Below are positions 47,018-57,270 of a stretch of 64,000 nucleotides of DNA, piece by piece; within the stretch, counting starts at the first letter, position 1, and each line of letters begins with the position of its first letter. The stretch is taken from positions 6,851-70,850 of the forward strand of contig JACAFE010000032.1 of the NCBI GenBank assembly GCA_013388435.1. Reading direction: 5' to 3'. Origin of the DNA: Nitrospirota bacterium. GTDB taxonomy: Bacteria > Nitrospirota > Thermodesulfovibrionia > Thermodesulfovibrionales > SM23-35. The notes under the pieces are model-generated. The model saw nothing but the letters and a program-made list of their open reading frames with translations, did not search any database and was not told the DNA's origin. The position numbers and the translations under genes were made by a program.

Positions 47018-47917
47018 ATGTCTGGTCAAATAGAAAAATATTCTATAATACTTCAGTGTGAAGGCATGGGGGATTGTCTTTATGCGATACCAGTTATAAA
47101 AAAACTTCATTCAATTGTTGGAGCAAATGTACAATTGTCTATTTTTACTCATCATCCTGAATTATTTAGAAAATGTCCTTATGTAAACAAAGTCCATCAT
47201 ATTACCGAAAAATCCGAATACTCTAAATATGCAAAACATATTATATTATTTGATACTACAAAATTACCTCACTTTCTGGTAGATACATATGATTTTATAA
47301 GTATTCCAGCAGGCATTGGAGAACTAAGCTTTAGAGAAAAGCAACTTGAATACTTTCCTGTTGAAGAAGATAAATCAGAGCATTTTGATGTTGTCATAAA
47401 CACATCTGAAACATGGCCTAGTAGAAGCTGGCCTATTGAAAACTGGCAGAAGCTTGCCGATTATATACTTTCATCAGGATATTCTGTAGCTGTTGTAGGG
47501 AAAGACACTTACAGCAAACACGACCAGATGTGGAAACGAAGCCTTCCCTTAAAAGGATGCACAAATTTGACTAATAAACTAAGCCTTGACCAGACATATT
47601 ACACTATAAAAAATTGTGGACTTTTTATAACGTGTCAGAATGGACTTTCTGTGCTTAGCGGAGCAACAGATACGGAAGTAATTGTTCTTGACATGTCAAT
47701 TGAATGGAGTAAAAGAGCAATTTACAGGAATGAAGATCCGCATTATAAAGTGACGTATGTAAAAGGAAACTGCCAGCTTTATTGCTGTTCAAGTTTTGAG
47801 TGCCCTGTGTATGGGGAATTCAGATGTATACCAACTGTGGAACAGGTATTAGAGGTCGTTAAAATAAAACTAAATTTTAAAGATTTAAAAATCTATCAAA
47901 AAAGCAATATTAATTGA
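47018..47917 (+). CDS. Glycosyltransferase family 9 (heptosyltransferase)-like protein
   Basis: 299 aa. MGDCLYAIPVIKKL at the N-terminus and CGLFITCQNGLSVLSGATDTEVIVL resemble GT9 signatures. There is an unusual Cys-rich tail (NCQLYCCSSFECPVYGEFRC). Confidence 0.5.
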   Translation: MSGQIEKYSIILQCEGMGDCLYAIPVIKKLHSIVGANVQLSIFTHHPELFRKCPYVNKVHHITEKSEYSKYAKHIILFDTTKLPHFLVDTYDFISIPAGIGELSFREKQLEYFPVEEDKSEHFDVVINTSETWPSRSWPIENWQKLADYILSSGYSVAVVGKDTYSKHDQMWKRSLPLKGCTNLTNKLSLDQTYYTIKNCGLFITCQNGLSVLSGATDTEVIVLDMSIEWSKRAIYRNEDPHYKVTYVKGNCQLYCCSSFECPVYGEFRCIPTVEQVLEVVKIKLNFKDLKIYQKSNIN

Positions 47918-48040
47918 CTTTCTTTAATTGGCAAAACAATAAGTTTAGAAAGTCAAATACATCCGCATTGTGAAGAAGAAAAAGCATATAAGCTAAAATT
48001 TGACTTTGCTTTTTTTGATAGCGCAACAAATATACGTCCT

Positions 48041-48280
48041 TTGGAATTTTATAAATTATATGAAAAAGGTGCCTTAACTGACCTTATTTCATTTCATGAT
48101 ACATCAAGACTTAGAGAAAAAACAATGATTATTCCTGATGAACCACAAGATAAATATGTGGAAGAGCTCGATAAAATTGAACAAAAATATTGCAGAGGAG
48201 GAATAGAATTTTGTTTTTCAAGAGGGTTAAGAATAATGCAATTAAGACAAGATATAAACCCTGCTAATAGAAAATTATAG
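48041..48280 (+). CDS. Hypothetical ORF, probably a gene fragment
   Basis: The track start is a TTG. The frame is open from 47918 with no ATG until residue 29. No motif recognised. Confidence 0.3.
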   Translation: MEFYKLYEKGALTDLISFHDTSRLREKTMIIPDEPQDKYVEELDKIEQKYCRGGIEFCFSRGLRIMQLRQDINPANRKL

Positions 48281-48367
48281 TATTTCTCACCTAATGTAAT
48301 TAATAACAAATTATAATAGATCATTATTACAGGAACATTTTACATTTTTAACTGAAAACATCCAAAT

Positions 48368-48535
48368 CTACATTATTTCAATTTCACCATATACTAATTC
48401 GAATTCCCCAACAATTTGTCCGCCTTTGGTTTCGCCTCTTGAATGTTCTTGTAGTCGTCGCATTGAATTGTTGGTAATCCCAATATAATGCTTCCCGCTG
48501 GCTGTTCCTTTGATAATATAGAGCTTGACTTTCAT
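48368..48535 (-). pseudogene. Truncated GIY-YIG nuclease-family ORF (not in ORF track)
   Basis: My translation is MKVKLYIIKGTASGKHYIGITNNSMRRLQEHSRGETKGGQIVGEFELVYGEIEIM*. It has the GIY/YIG strands and R..L.EH, but stops before the conserved catalytic Glu region. It starts 12 nt from tRNA-Glu. Confidence 0.45.
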
Positions 48536-48546
48536 TAAAATTTAAT

Positions 48547-48622
48547 TGGCGGTCCCAACGGGATTCGAACCCGTGTTTTAGCCTTGAGAGGGCCACGTCC
48601 TAGGCCTCTAGACGATGGGACC
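48547..48622 (-). tRNA. tRNA-Glu (anticodon CTC), CCA encoded
   Basis: The reverse complement reads GGTCCCA-TC-GTCT..GGAC-G-TGGCC-CTCTCAA-GGCTA-AAAC-ACGGG-TTCGAAT-CCCGT-TGGGACC-G-CCA. Confidence 0.9.
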
Positions 48623-48727
48623 GTAAAAGACAGTCAATAGTGACTTGTCATTAGTGAATAGTAAAAAAACTAATCACGCTTTAGGAATTAAAAACTGTTC
48701 ACTATTTACTTTTTACTGATAATTGTT

Positions 48728-48801
48728 TGGCTGGGGAGAGAGGATTCGAACCCCTGTAAGCAGATCCAGAGTCTGCCGTCCTGCCGCTGGACGACTCCCC
48801 A
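48728..48801 (-). tRNA. tRNA-Gln (anticodon CTG), CCA encoded
   Basis: The reverse complement reads TGGGGAG-TC-GTCC..GGAC-G-GCAGA-CTCTGGA-TCTGC-TTAC-AGGGG-TTCGAAT-CCTCT-CTCCCCA-G-CCA. Confidence 0.9.
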
Positions 48802-48848
48802 GTAATTTTAGAAATAATATTATACCATATCATTGTTAAAAGTGGCTT

Positions 48849-49481
48849 TTATTGTTCTATTATGACTTTATCAGTAAGTTCATTAATATCGTCGGGCTTA
48901 ATTGGGAAATAAAGAGCAAGTAATTCTCCTGCTTCGAAGATAGCTTCGCAAAGAGCATCGCATGCGCGTTTTTCTTTTATGCCTTTTGTAACTTTTTGCG
49001 CAAAGTTGTCTAATTTCCCCTGTTGAATTTTTTCGTATATTCCTTTGTCAGCAAGAACCCATACTTTATGTTCAAATAAAGATATGAAGAAAAGCACCCC
49101 GGTATTTTGTCTCGTTTTATAAAGTCCTTTTTCATAGAAAGCTCTGACAGCTCTCTGCAATACCGCTTTTTCCTGTCTATTCTTACTAATAAATGCCTTT
49201 TTCAATTCCGGAATTTTGTGGAATAATAACCGTGCTGGAAAGTATATGGTAAAACTTAACGGTATGTACCACCAGAGTGAGGAATGAAAAAAATAAAAAG
49301 TTATCACAAAAGAAAGAAAACTGCCCAATGTTATACCACCTAAAACCTCTGCTTCAGGATATTTGTCACTGCTGTCAACTACCATTACCGCAACTTCGCC
49401 GATGGTTTTTTTCTCTACTGATTTTATCGCATCGCTAATTCGATTCTTCTCATATTCTGAAAAAAATTTTTCTGCAATCAT
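48849..49481 (-). CDS. TPM-domain (TLP18.3/Psb32/MOLO-1 type) membrane protein
   Basis: Start set at MIAEKFF (ATG 49479-49481), which overlaps the upstream stop (TAATG). RISDAIKSVEKKTIGEVAVMVVDSS is followed by two TM helices. Confidence 0.7.
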   Translation of the reverse strand: MIAEKFFSEYEKNRISDAIKSVEKKTIGEVAVMVVDSSDKYPEAEVLGGITLGSFLSFVITFYFFHSSLWWYIPLSFTIYFPARLLFHKIPELKKAFISKNRQEKAVLQRAVRAFYEKGLYKTRQNTGVLFFISLFEHKVWVLADKGIYEKIQQGKLDNFAQKVTKGIKEKRACDALCEAIFEAGELLALYFPIKPDDINELTDKVIIEQ

Positions 49482-50371
49482 TACCAATCTCCTGATGCTC
49501 CTCCACCTCCAAAACTCCCACCCCCGCCAGAGAATCCTCCGCCAAAGTCTATTCCTGAGGAACCGCCACCCCAATAGAAACCTCCACCATGGAAAAATCC
49601 TCTGCTTCCATGATGCCTTGTTGATGAGAAAATTGATGGGAGAATAAAACCAGCCAATGCACCAAAAATAGCAAAAATTATTATTGTAAATATTCCAAAA
49701 GAGGTAAAAGTCAAAAATGCAAACAAAGGCAAACCAACAGCACCTGCAAGAATACTTAATATCCTTGAAATACTTCCTGTAACTATCAATATAATTGTTC
49801 CAAAAATAATCATTGTTAAAAGTTTCGAAGCTCTTTCATCTCTTTTTTCATATTGAATCTTATCTGCTGTGAATTCACCCCTTGTAGCATCTATTAAGGC
49901 ATGAACTCCTGCAATAAACCCGCCGTCAAAATCGCCTCTTTTGAATTTTGGTTTTATTACAAGATCTATTATTCTACCTGATAGAAGGTCTGTTAATTTA
50001 CCTTCAAGTCCTCTCCCAGCCTCTATTCTTATTTTCCTCTCTTGTTTTGCAACGAGAAAAATCACGCCGTTATCTTTTTCCTTCTGTCCTATTTTCCATG
50101 CATCAGCAACTTTAATACTAAAATCCTCAAGATTTTCTCCTTCAAGTGAAGGGATTGTAAGAATAACAATTTGTGTGGAGTCAGATTGCTCAAATGCCCT
50201 CAGTTCTGCTTCTATTTGTGACTTGGCCTGTGGAGATAACATCCCTGCATAATCATTTACATACCCCTGTAGTACAGGCACATCCAGGGCATGAGCAGGA
50301 ACAATAATAAAAATCAGGCAGAAAGCAAAAAAAATACTCGCTATTATACTTTTGTTGTTATTTAAAAACAT
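49481..50371 (-). CDS. TPM-domain protein (YgcG-like) with Gly-rich C-terminal tail
   Basis: 296 aa with a signal sequence. VNDYAGMLSPQAKSQIEAELRAFEQSDSTQIVILTIPSL, TM helices, and the tail GGGFYWGGGSSGIDFGGGFSGGGGSFGGGGASGDW. Confidence 0.8.
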   Translation of the reverse strand: MFLNNNKSIIASIFFAFCLIFIIVPAHALDVPVLQGYVNDYAGMLSPQAKSQIEAELRAFEQSDSTQIVILTIPSLEGENLEDFSIKVADAWKIGQKEKDNGVIFLVAKQERKIRIEAGRGLEGKLTDLLSGRIIDLVIKPKFKRGDFDGGFIAGVHALIDATRGEFTADKIQYEKRDERASKLLTMIIFGTIILIVTGSISRILSILAGAVGLPLFAFLTFTSFGIFTIIIFAIFGALAGFILPSIFSSTRHHGSRGFFHGGGFYWGGGSSGIDFGGGFSGGGGSFGGGGASGDW

Positions 50372-50430
50372 TATTTCTTTTGTCCCTTAATAATTAATTC
50401 CACGCCTGTATTTGTATTTTTTATCTTTTT

Positions 50431-51012
50431 TCAGAATTTTACCTGCGGAGCTTTTTCCGCTCCAGCTTCAGCTTTGAATGGCTCTTTCATTTTTAATTTG
50501 AGCAACAATGAGTTAGTAATATTATTTGGAAAGATTCTGATTGAAGTATTAAAAGTCTCAACAGCTTTATTATATCTTACACGTGCTACATTTATCCTGT
50601 TTTCCGTACCTTCTAACTGGTGCTGAAGATCTAAAAAATTCTGATTCGCTTTGAGTTCAGGGTATCTTTCAACAACCAGCATTAATCTTGAAAGCGCGCT
50701 ACTCATTGCTCCCTGTGCTTCCTGAAATTGCGCAAAGCTCTGAGGGTCTTCGATAATGTTTTTTGACATCTGAATCGAACCAACCTTTGCCCTTGCTTCT
50801 GTAACTGCAAGTAAAGTTTCTTTTTCGTGCTTTGCATATGCTTTAACAACCTCTACAAGATTGGGTATTAAATCATTTCTTCTCTGATATGCTGCTTCAA
50901 CATCAGCCCATGCAGCTTTTACCGCCTCTTCATTTGCCTGAATTGTGTTATAACCACAGCCTGATACAATTAAAAGCAAAAACATTAAAATACAAAAATA
51001 TGTCTTTCTCAT
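50431..51012 (-). CDS. lemA: LemA-family lipoprotein
   Basis: Start set at MRKTYF (ATG 51010-51012, preceded by GGAGGAGAA). Lipobox IVSGC, with [25 protein letters not shown] and [18 protein letters not shown]. Confidence 0.85.
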   Translation of the reverse strand: MRKTYFCILMFLLLIVSGCGYNTIQANEEAVKAAWADVEAAYQRRNDLIPNLVEVVKAYAKHEKETLLAVTEARAKVGSIQMSKNIIEDPQSFAQFQEAQGAMSSALSRLMLVVERYPELKANQNFLDLQHQLEGTENRINVARVRYNKAVETFNTSIRIFPNNITNSLLLKLKMKEPFKAEAGAEKAPQVKF

Positions 51013-51050
51013 TTCTCCTCCAAATTCATTTATTATTTTCATAAATTAAA

Positions 51051-51263
51051 CTATTTGCCTTTATATCCTGGGCAACCTTCAAAACCTCTGCACCCTGCTT
51101 TCCTTAATTTACATGATGCATTCATGCAAATGTTCTCAACCTTATCTGCAGATTCGAGAGCCTTTTTCTTATTCACTCTGGAATTTAATGGTACAACATT
51201 ACGGGGTATCTTTTTCATATCCTGTAATAATTTTATCATTAGCAGTGCTTTGAGATAAAGCAT
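51051..51263 (-). CDS. Small Cys-rich protein of unknown function at the head of the LemA operon
   Basis: Up to 70 aa, start uncertain. The C-terminus reads CMNASCKLRKAGCRGFEGCPGYKGK. It ends 38 nt before the lemA start. Confidence 0.45.
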   Translation of the reverse strand: MLYLKALLMIKLLQDMKKIPRNVVPLNSRVNKKKALESADKVENICMNASCKLRKAGCRGFEGCPGYKGK

Positions 51264-51412
51264 ATTATCTTTTATTCAATTTTGGGGTTGGTTTAAATTA
51301 ACCCGACCCTGCTACTTACAACACCCCATGCATCAAATTGTGACGGGACAATGAGGGTCCTTTATTGACTTTGAATACTTAAAAACATTATTATTTAAAA
51401 AAAGAGGTAATA

Positions 51413-53845
51413 ATGTTTGAGAAATTTACCGAACGCGGTCGCAAGGTTATTATATACGCAAAAGAAGAAGCCGAAAAAAGGCAGAATGATTATCTTGGAA
51501 CAGAGCATTTATTGCTTGCAGTTTTAAAAGAGGATGACGGACTTCCTGTTGCCATTCTAAAAAGAATGGGCATTATGCCCGATGAAATTCGCATGGAAGT
51601 AGAAAGAAACCTCCCACAGGGCACAAACCTGATGACTTTTGGAGATATTCCTTTTACTCCCCGCGCAAAGAAAGTACTCGAACTCGCGGTAGAAGAAGCG
51701 AGACTCCTTGGACACAATTATATCGGCAGTGAACATATTTTTCTGGGGCTCATTAGAGAAGAAGAAGGCATAGGAGGGAAAATTTTAAGAAGTTTTGGTG
51801 CTAATCTACTTGGAGCCCGTCAGCTTACAATAAACTTTTCAATCAGGGCTCACTCACATATCAGGGAGAGAAGGAGCACTACTCCTGCACTCGATGAATT
51901 TGGGAGAGATTTGACAATGCTTGCAAGAGAAGGCAAGCTTGATCCTGTTATTTGCAGGGAAGATGAAATTGAAAGGCTCGTTCAGATACTCGGTAGAAGG
52001 ATTAAAAATAATCCTGTCATAATTGGAGAACCAGGAGTTGGTAAAACAGCTATTGTCGAAGGACTTGCCCAGAAAATAATATCAGGAAGTATTCCCGACA
52101 TTCTTCTTAATAAACGTATCATCTCGCTTGATCTCGGAGCTCTAATCGCTGGCACAAAATATCGCGGGCAATTCGAAGAGCGTTTGAAGATAGTTATGAA
52201 AGAAATTACGCAATCCGATAATATTATTCTCTTTGTTGACGAACTTCACACATTGATTGGAGCAGGCGCTGCTGAAGGTTCTGTAGATGCTTCAAGCATG
52301 CTTAAACCCGCATTATCAAGGGGTGAGATACAATGTATAGGCGCAACAACTCCGGATGAATACAGAAAATACATTGAAAGGGATGGCGCTCTCGAAAGAA
52401 GATTTCAACCTATTTATATAAATCCACCTGATGTTGAAGATGCAATTATTATTTTAAAAGGGCTTAAATCAAGATACGAGGCGTTTCATAAAGTGAAAAT
52501 AAGCGATGTTGCTGTCGAAAGCGCTGTCAGACTTTCAGACAGATATGTATCAGACAGGTATCTTCCTGATAAGGCTATAGATGTTATTGATGAAACTGCC
52601 TCAAGGATAAAACTTAAAAGATATACCCCGCCTCACGAACTAAAAGAGATAGAAGAAGATATAAAGAGATGTTCAAAAGAGAAAAATCTCTATATAAAAC
52701 TTCATGATCTCGAAAAAGCATCTTCTATAAAGCTTGAAGAAGAACGTCTGAAACGCCTGCATGAACAATTGCATAGGCAATGGATAGATAATCTTAACAA
52801 AGAAATCCCTGTTGTCAGAGAAGAGGATATCGAATATACTCTGTCAAAAATGACCGGCATCCCGCTTTCGAAGCTTGAGGAAAAAGAATTCGAGAAACTT
52901 ATCAGAATGGAAGAAAATCTGCATAAGAGAATAATAGGACAGGAAGAAGCCATTAAAGCAGTTTCAAGAGCAATAAGAAGGTCACGTGCAGGGCTAAAGT
53001 CAAGCAAAAAGCCTATTGGTTCTTTCTTCTTTTTAGGTCCGACAGGAGTTGGAAAAACAGAACTCGCCAAAGCTCTTGCAGCTTTTCTGTTCAATGATGA
53101 AACTTCTCTAATAAAAATAGACATGTCAGAATACATGGAAAGATTCAATGTTTCAAGGCTTACAGGTGCACCTCCGGGCTATGTAGGTTATGAAGAGGGT
53201 GGTCAATTAACAGAACGTATCCGGAAAAAACCTTATTCTGTTGTATTATTCGATGAAATAGAAAAAGCTCATCCCGATGTCTTCAACATACTTCTTCAGG
53301 TTCTTGATGAAGGTGTATTGACAGATAGCTTTGGAAGAAAAGTTGACTTCAAAAATACAGTGATAATTATGACATCAAATCTCGGAGCAAGGTTAATCGA
53401 GAAAGCAACCCCGCTGGGTTTCCAGAAAAATGTAAGCGGAATAGTTTATGAAAAAATAAAAGAAAATGTGCTCAATGAACTTAAAAAGACTTTTAATCCG
53501 GAATTTCTCAATCGTGTTGATGAAACAGTTGTATTTCATCCTCTCGAAAAAGAGCACCTGCTATTAATTATAGATCTTCTAATCTCTGAAACCAATAAAA
53601 TGCTTCTTGAACAGGAAATAGTCATTGATGTATCTCAGGAAGTTAAAGAATGGTTAATCGCACATTATTATCAACCTACTTATGGAGCAAGACCAATGCG
53701 AAGAGCTATTCAAAAAGAGATAGAAGACCCGCTGTCTGAAGAAATCCTCAGAGGAAAATTCAGAGGAATAAACCATATTTCCGTTGTTTTAGAAGATAAC
53801 AGACCTGCCTTTGTTGAGGCGATGGAACCAGTTGCAGTATCGTGA
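51413..53845 (+). CDS. clpC: ATP-dependent Clp protease ATP-binding subunit ClpC-type
   Basis: 810 aa. Two Clp_N repeats, AAA-1 GEPGVGKTA, a UVR-like linker, AAA-2 [15 protein letters not shown], and [10 protein letters not shown]. Confidence 0.9.
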   Translation: MFEKFTERGRKVIIYAKEEAEKRQNDYLGTEHLLLAVLKEDDGLPVAILKRMGIMPDEIRMEVERNLPQGTNLMTFGDIPFTPRAKKVLELAVEEARLLGHNYIGSEHIFLGLIREEEGIGGKILRSFGANLLGARQLTINFSIRAHSHIRERRSTTPALDEFGRDLTMLAREGKLDPVICREDEIERLVQILGRRIKNNPVIIGEPGVGKTAIVEGLAQKIISGSIPDILLNKRIISLDLGALIAGTKYRGQFEERLKIVMKEITQSDNIILFVDELHTLIGAGAAEGSVDASSMLKPALSRGEIQCIGATTPDEYRKYIERDGALERRFQPIYINPPDVEDAIIILKGLKSRYEAFHKVKISDVAVESAVRLSDRYVSDRYLPDKAIDVIDETASRIKLKRYTPPHELKEIEEDIKRCSKEKNLYIKLHDLEKASSIKLEEERLKRLHEQLHRQWIDNLNKEIPVVREEDIEYTLSKMTGIPLSKLEEKEFEKLIRMEENLHKRIIGQEEAIKAVSRAIRRSRAGLKSSKKPIGSFFFLGPTGVGKTELAKALAAFLFNDETSLIKIDMSEYMERFNVSRLTGAPPGYVGYEEGGQLTERIRKKPYSVVLFDEIEKAHPDVFNILLQVLDEGVLTDSFGRKVDFKNTVIIMTSNLGARLIEKATPLGFQKNVSGIVYEKIKENVLNELKKTFNPEFLNRVDETVVFHPLEKEHLLLIIDLLISETNKMLLEQEIVIDVSQEVKEWLIAHYYQPTYGARPMRRAIQKEIEDPLSEEILRGKFRGINHISVVLEDNRPAFVEAMEPVAVS

Positions 53846-54369
53846 AAAATAAAGGAATATTTCTTTTAATACTTATTTCCATTGCTGTTTTGACAGTATT
53901 TTTATTTATCAAAACCCCGGAAACTCCAAAAAAGGCGGTTGAAGGTAAACCAATACCCGATTTTATCCTTGTAGATGTTGATAACAATAAAGTGAATCTT
54001 TCTGATTTGAGGGGTTCTGTTGTTTTCATAAATTTCTGGGCAACATGGTGTGATTCATGCATTGAAGAAATGCCTTCGATGGAACGTCTTTACAGACGTT
54101 TATCCGGAAATCCTAATTTTAAAATGGCAACCATAATAGTCAAAGATGATCTTAATAATGCTCTTTCTTTTTTAAAAAAAAATGGATACACATTTCCTGT
54201 ATATCTGAATCCCGATGAAAGTGCTTCCCGTATTTTCAGAATTACAGGTATCCCCGAAACATTTATTCTTGATAAAAAAGGCATATTGAGAGCAAAAGCC
54301 ATAGGGCCTGAAAACTGGGATTCTCCTCAAATATTTGCAAATATTCAGGAATTGATAAACGAACTTTGA
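53842..54369 (+). CDS. TlpA/ResA-like thiol:disulfide oxidoreductase
   Basis: 175 aa with an N-terminal TM anchor and the thioredoxin motif FWATWCDSC. Confidence 0.85.
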   Translation: MKNKGIFLLILISIAVLTVFLFIKTPETPKKAVEGKPIPDFILVDVDNNKVNLSDLRGSVVFINFWATWCDSCIEEMPSMERLYRRLSGNPNFKMATIIVKDDLNNALSFLKKNGYTFPVYLNPDESASRIFRITGIPETFILDKKGILRAKAIGPENWDSPQIFANIQELINEL

Positions 54370-54381
54370 GAATCAATAAAA

Positions 54382-54906
54382 ATGGGCAGAATAGCGCCTC
54401 CAGAACGTGTAATGCTTTTTGCTGGCTTTCTTTTTAATGATACATCAATTCTCGAAAAATCCCTTGAACTTCTCACAAAACTCTATGGTGATATTCTCTT
54501 TAAAAGTCAACAAATAAACTGGAATTATTCGGAATATTATAATAATGAACTTGGCAAAAATATTTTGAGGCAATTCGTTTTTTTTAAAAATCTCATAGAC
54601 CCTGCAAATATTGTTGACATTAAAATTCAGACGAACAAATTCGAGGAAATGTTTTTAGATAATAATAGAAGAAGAATTAACATAGATCCAGGTTATATGT
54701 CTTTAGCCAAAATTGTGCTTGCTACCACCAAAAACTATTCTCATAGAATATATCTCGGCAGGGGTATTTATGCCGAAGTAACTCTTATTTACAAAAATAA
54801 CACCTTTATTCCTTTTTTCTATACATATAAAGATTACAGGGGAAAAGAATATATAGATATTTTTTTGAAAGCCCGCAACGAACTAAAGAATATTTTGAAA
54901 AATTAA
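54382..54906 (+). CDS. DUF4416-like protein
   Basis: 174 aa. INIDPGYMSLAKIVLATTKNYSHRIYLGRGIYAEVTL matches what I remember of the DUF4416 core. Not verified by alignment. Confidence 0.5.
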   Translation: MGRIAPPERVMLFAGFLFNDTSILEKSLELLTKLYGDILFKSQQINWNYSEYYNNELGKNILRQFVFFKNLIDPANIVDIKIQTNKFEEMFLDNNRRRINIDPGYMSLAKIVLATTKNYSHRIYLGRGIYAEVTLIYKNNTFIPFFYTYKDYRGKEYIDIFLKARNELKNILKN

Positions 54907-55086
54907 TCCGCTGGAATTTAAATTTCTTAATAGTTATTAACTTTTTAGGAGTTATTTGTTATCTTAAATTAAATACCTGAATAAGATATGGAGACACTTT
55001 GTTAATAAATTTAAGAAAATATATTAAATTAAAATTGACCCTCATTAGTCTTATCGAAAAATACCATCCATTCAATCTAAGTAAGC

Positions 55087-57234
55087 ATGACCATACTTCT
55101 TGGAACGGTTTTAGTTCTCGGATGGATGTCCTCGAAAAGAGTCAGAGAAACTGTTACAGATGATTTTAATCAGCAACAGCTTGTTCTTGCAAGACATGCT
55201 GCCCGTCAGATAGAAAATAGCCTTGAGTCGATAAAAAGGGAATTATTTCTTTTAAGTCTTTCTCCCTCTATACAATATAAAGAATCGGCTTTTATGGGTG
55301 ACCGTATGAAAATCGCTTTTTCAAGAATTAAACACGAAGGTACTATAGAAATGCGTTTTACTGATACTGATAACAAAACTTATATTGTTTCGGACAAAAT
55401 AAAATTCACTACAAATAAAGCAGACAGTAATGATATAGAATGCCTAAACCGGGCGAAAGATGAGAATCTAAAAGGAACTTTATTTATGACCAAGGTTACA
55501 ATCATTCCTTACAATAACAATGGTGGTAAACCCTTTATGAAAATGGCAATACCTGTATGGCAGGTATCTGTTGATGATTCACATCCTGTTGCGTTGAATA
55601 AATTTTCTGGCGTTATGGTCTTTGTTATTGACATCAGCAGTTTGATTGAGTCTGTTGTTAATGAACTTCGCTCCGGGAAAACAGGCTATGCATGGGTAAT
55701 AGATAAAGATGGAACTTTCCTGTATCATGAGGAAAAATCATTCATTGGTAAAAATGCATTTGAGGCACGTAAAAGGAAAAAACCAACTATGTCTTTTACA
55801 AGAATTAATGAAATACAAAAGGAAAAAATGCTAAAAGGTCAAGAAGGAAAAAGCTGGTATATTTCCGGTTGGCACAGAGGAATTGAAGGCGAGATAAAGA
55901 AACTAATTGCATATACACCAATTAAAATAGATGAAAAAAATCCTGACAGGATATGGTCTGTTGCGGTAGTTGCGCCTATAAGCGAAGTTGAAGGTGCAAT
56001 TCATTCTATCCATCTTCAGCAGTTTATACTTCAGGCAATAATTATATCTGTAATACTTTTTGGCGGGCTTTTCATAAACTTTATGATACTTTCATGGTCC
56101 AATATTCTTGAACAGGAAGTTGCAAGAAAAACAAATGAATTAAAGAAATCAGAGCAAAGATATAGATCTCTCATTGAAAATGCGGAGGATTTAATATACA
56201 CGGTTGATTACAATGGTAATTTTCTTTCAATTAATAAATACGGTGCAAAATTTTTAAATAAAAACAGGTCTGAAATTATCGGTAAAAATATTACCGAAAT
56301 ATTTACATGGCCGAGTTCTGAAGTACTTATCGTTATGATACAAACTGTATTTAATACAAAAGAAAGCAAGCAGCTTATACATATGGTTATTATAGGAGAA
56401 AATGAATACTGGTTCAGTACAAATTTGAGAAGGCTATGGGATGAAACAGGTAATATATACGCAGTGCTCGGCATTTCAAGAGATATAACCGACAGGAAAA
56501 AGATTGAAGAACATAGTTACTATACAGAAAAACTTGCTTCTATGGGAACTCTTGCAGCAGGTGTAGCACATGAGATTAACAATCCTCTCGGTATAATACT
56601 CGGCTTTACAGAACTTCTCTTAGAGAAATATCCTGAAGGTTCCGAAGAATACGAAATGCTAAAAACAATAGAAAAACAGGGTCTTAATGCAAAAAGAGTT
56701 GTTGAAAATCTACTTAATTTTGCTCGTCATAAAGATCATAAAGAAGAACTTGTTGATATTAACAAGAGCCTCCGAACAGTTATTTCGGTTATGGGCAATA
56801 CAATACGTTTAAATAAAATCGAAGTAAAAGAAAATTTACAGGAAGCCCTTCCGCCGGTTTTAGCCGATGAGGGAGAAATTCAACAGGTTTTCTTTAATAT
56901 TATCAATAATGCCATTTACGCTATGTCTCAGAAGGGCGGTGGCATTTTAACAATTACAACATCATATTTAAACTCAGATACAGTGGATATTCGCATATCC
57001 GATACCGGTGACGGAATGAAAAAAGAGCACAGGAAAAGAATATTCGATCCATTATTCACAACAAAAGAAGTGGGTAAAGGTACAGGTCTCGGACTTTTTA
57101 TTTCCTATGGCATAGTAACGAAACATGGTGGCTCTATTACTTTCAAGACAAAAACACGTGATGAATCCCCGGATACAGGGACAACTTTTATAATCAATTT
57201 ACCAGCAGCAAGGGTTGCTACCAAAGAAATTTAA
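55087..57234 (+). CDS. Sensor histidine kinase (Cache-like periplasmic domain, PAS, HisKA, HATPase_c)
   Basis: 715 aa. Two TM segments flank a roughly 290-aa extracytoplasmic region. H-box GVAHEINNPL, with NIINNAIYAM, DTGDGM, and GTGLGLFISYGIV. Confidence 0.9.
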   Translation: MTILLGTVLVLGWMSSKRVRETVTDDFNQQQLVLARHAARQIENSLESIKRELFLLSLSPSIQYKESAFMGDRMKIAFSRIKHEGTIEMRFTDTDNKTYIVSDKIKFTTNKADSNDIECLNRAKDENLKGTLFMTKVTIIPYNNNGGKPFMKMAIPVWQVSVDDSHPVALNKFSGVMVFVIDISSLIESVVNELRSGKTGYAWVIDKDGTFLYHEEKSFIGKNAFEARKRKKPTMSFTRINEIQKEKMLKGQEGKSWYISGWHRGIEGEIKKLIAYTPIKIDEKNPDRIWSVAVVAPISEVEGAIHSIHLQQFILQAIIISVILFGGLFINFMILSWSNILEQEVARKTNELKKSEQRYRSLIENAEDLIYTVDYNGNFLSINKYGAKFLNKNRSEIIGKNITEIFTWPSSEVLIVMIQTVFNTKESKQLIHMVIIGENEYWFSTNLRRLWDETGNIYAVLGISRDITDRKKIEEHSYYTEKLASMGTLAAGVAHEINNPLGIILGFTELLLEKYPEGSEEYEMLKTIEKQGLNAKRVVENLLNFARHKDHKEELVDINKSLRTVISVMGNTIRLNKIEVKENLQEALPPVLADEGEIQQVFFNIINNAIYAMSQKGGGILTITTSYLNSDTVDIRISDTGDGMKKEHRKRIFDPLFTTKEVGKGTGLGLFISYGIVTKHGGSITFKTKTRDESPDTGTTFIINLPAARVATKEI

Positions 57235-57270
57235 AATTATAATAAAGTATTAAGAACCCCGGAGGTTAAA

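Noticed and set aside
48384-48596. 70-aa minus-strand ORF
   Set aside because: It runs through tRNA-Glu. The GIY-YIG-like reading is in a different frame (48368..48535).
49482-49574. Trp/Arg-rich N-terminal extension (MGWRFLRNRLWRR...) of the distal TPM gene
   Set aside because: It is the out-of-frame reading of the Gly-rich tail of the upstream gene. The Met at 49479-49481 gives the standard TAATG coupling.
51290-51412. Search for CtsR (GGTCAAA direct repeat) or CIRCE operators upstream of clpC
   Set aside because: Only a loose TTGACTTTGA and short GGAC/GTCC stems are present. There is no convincing match to either consensus.
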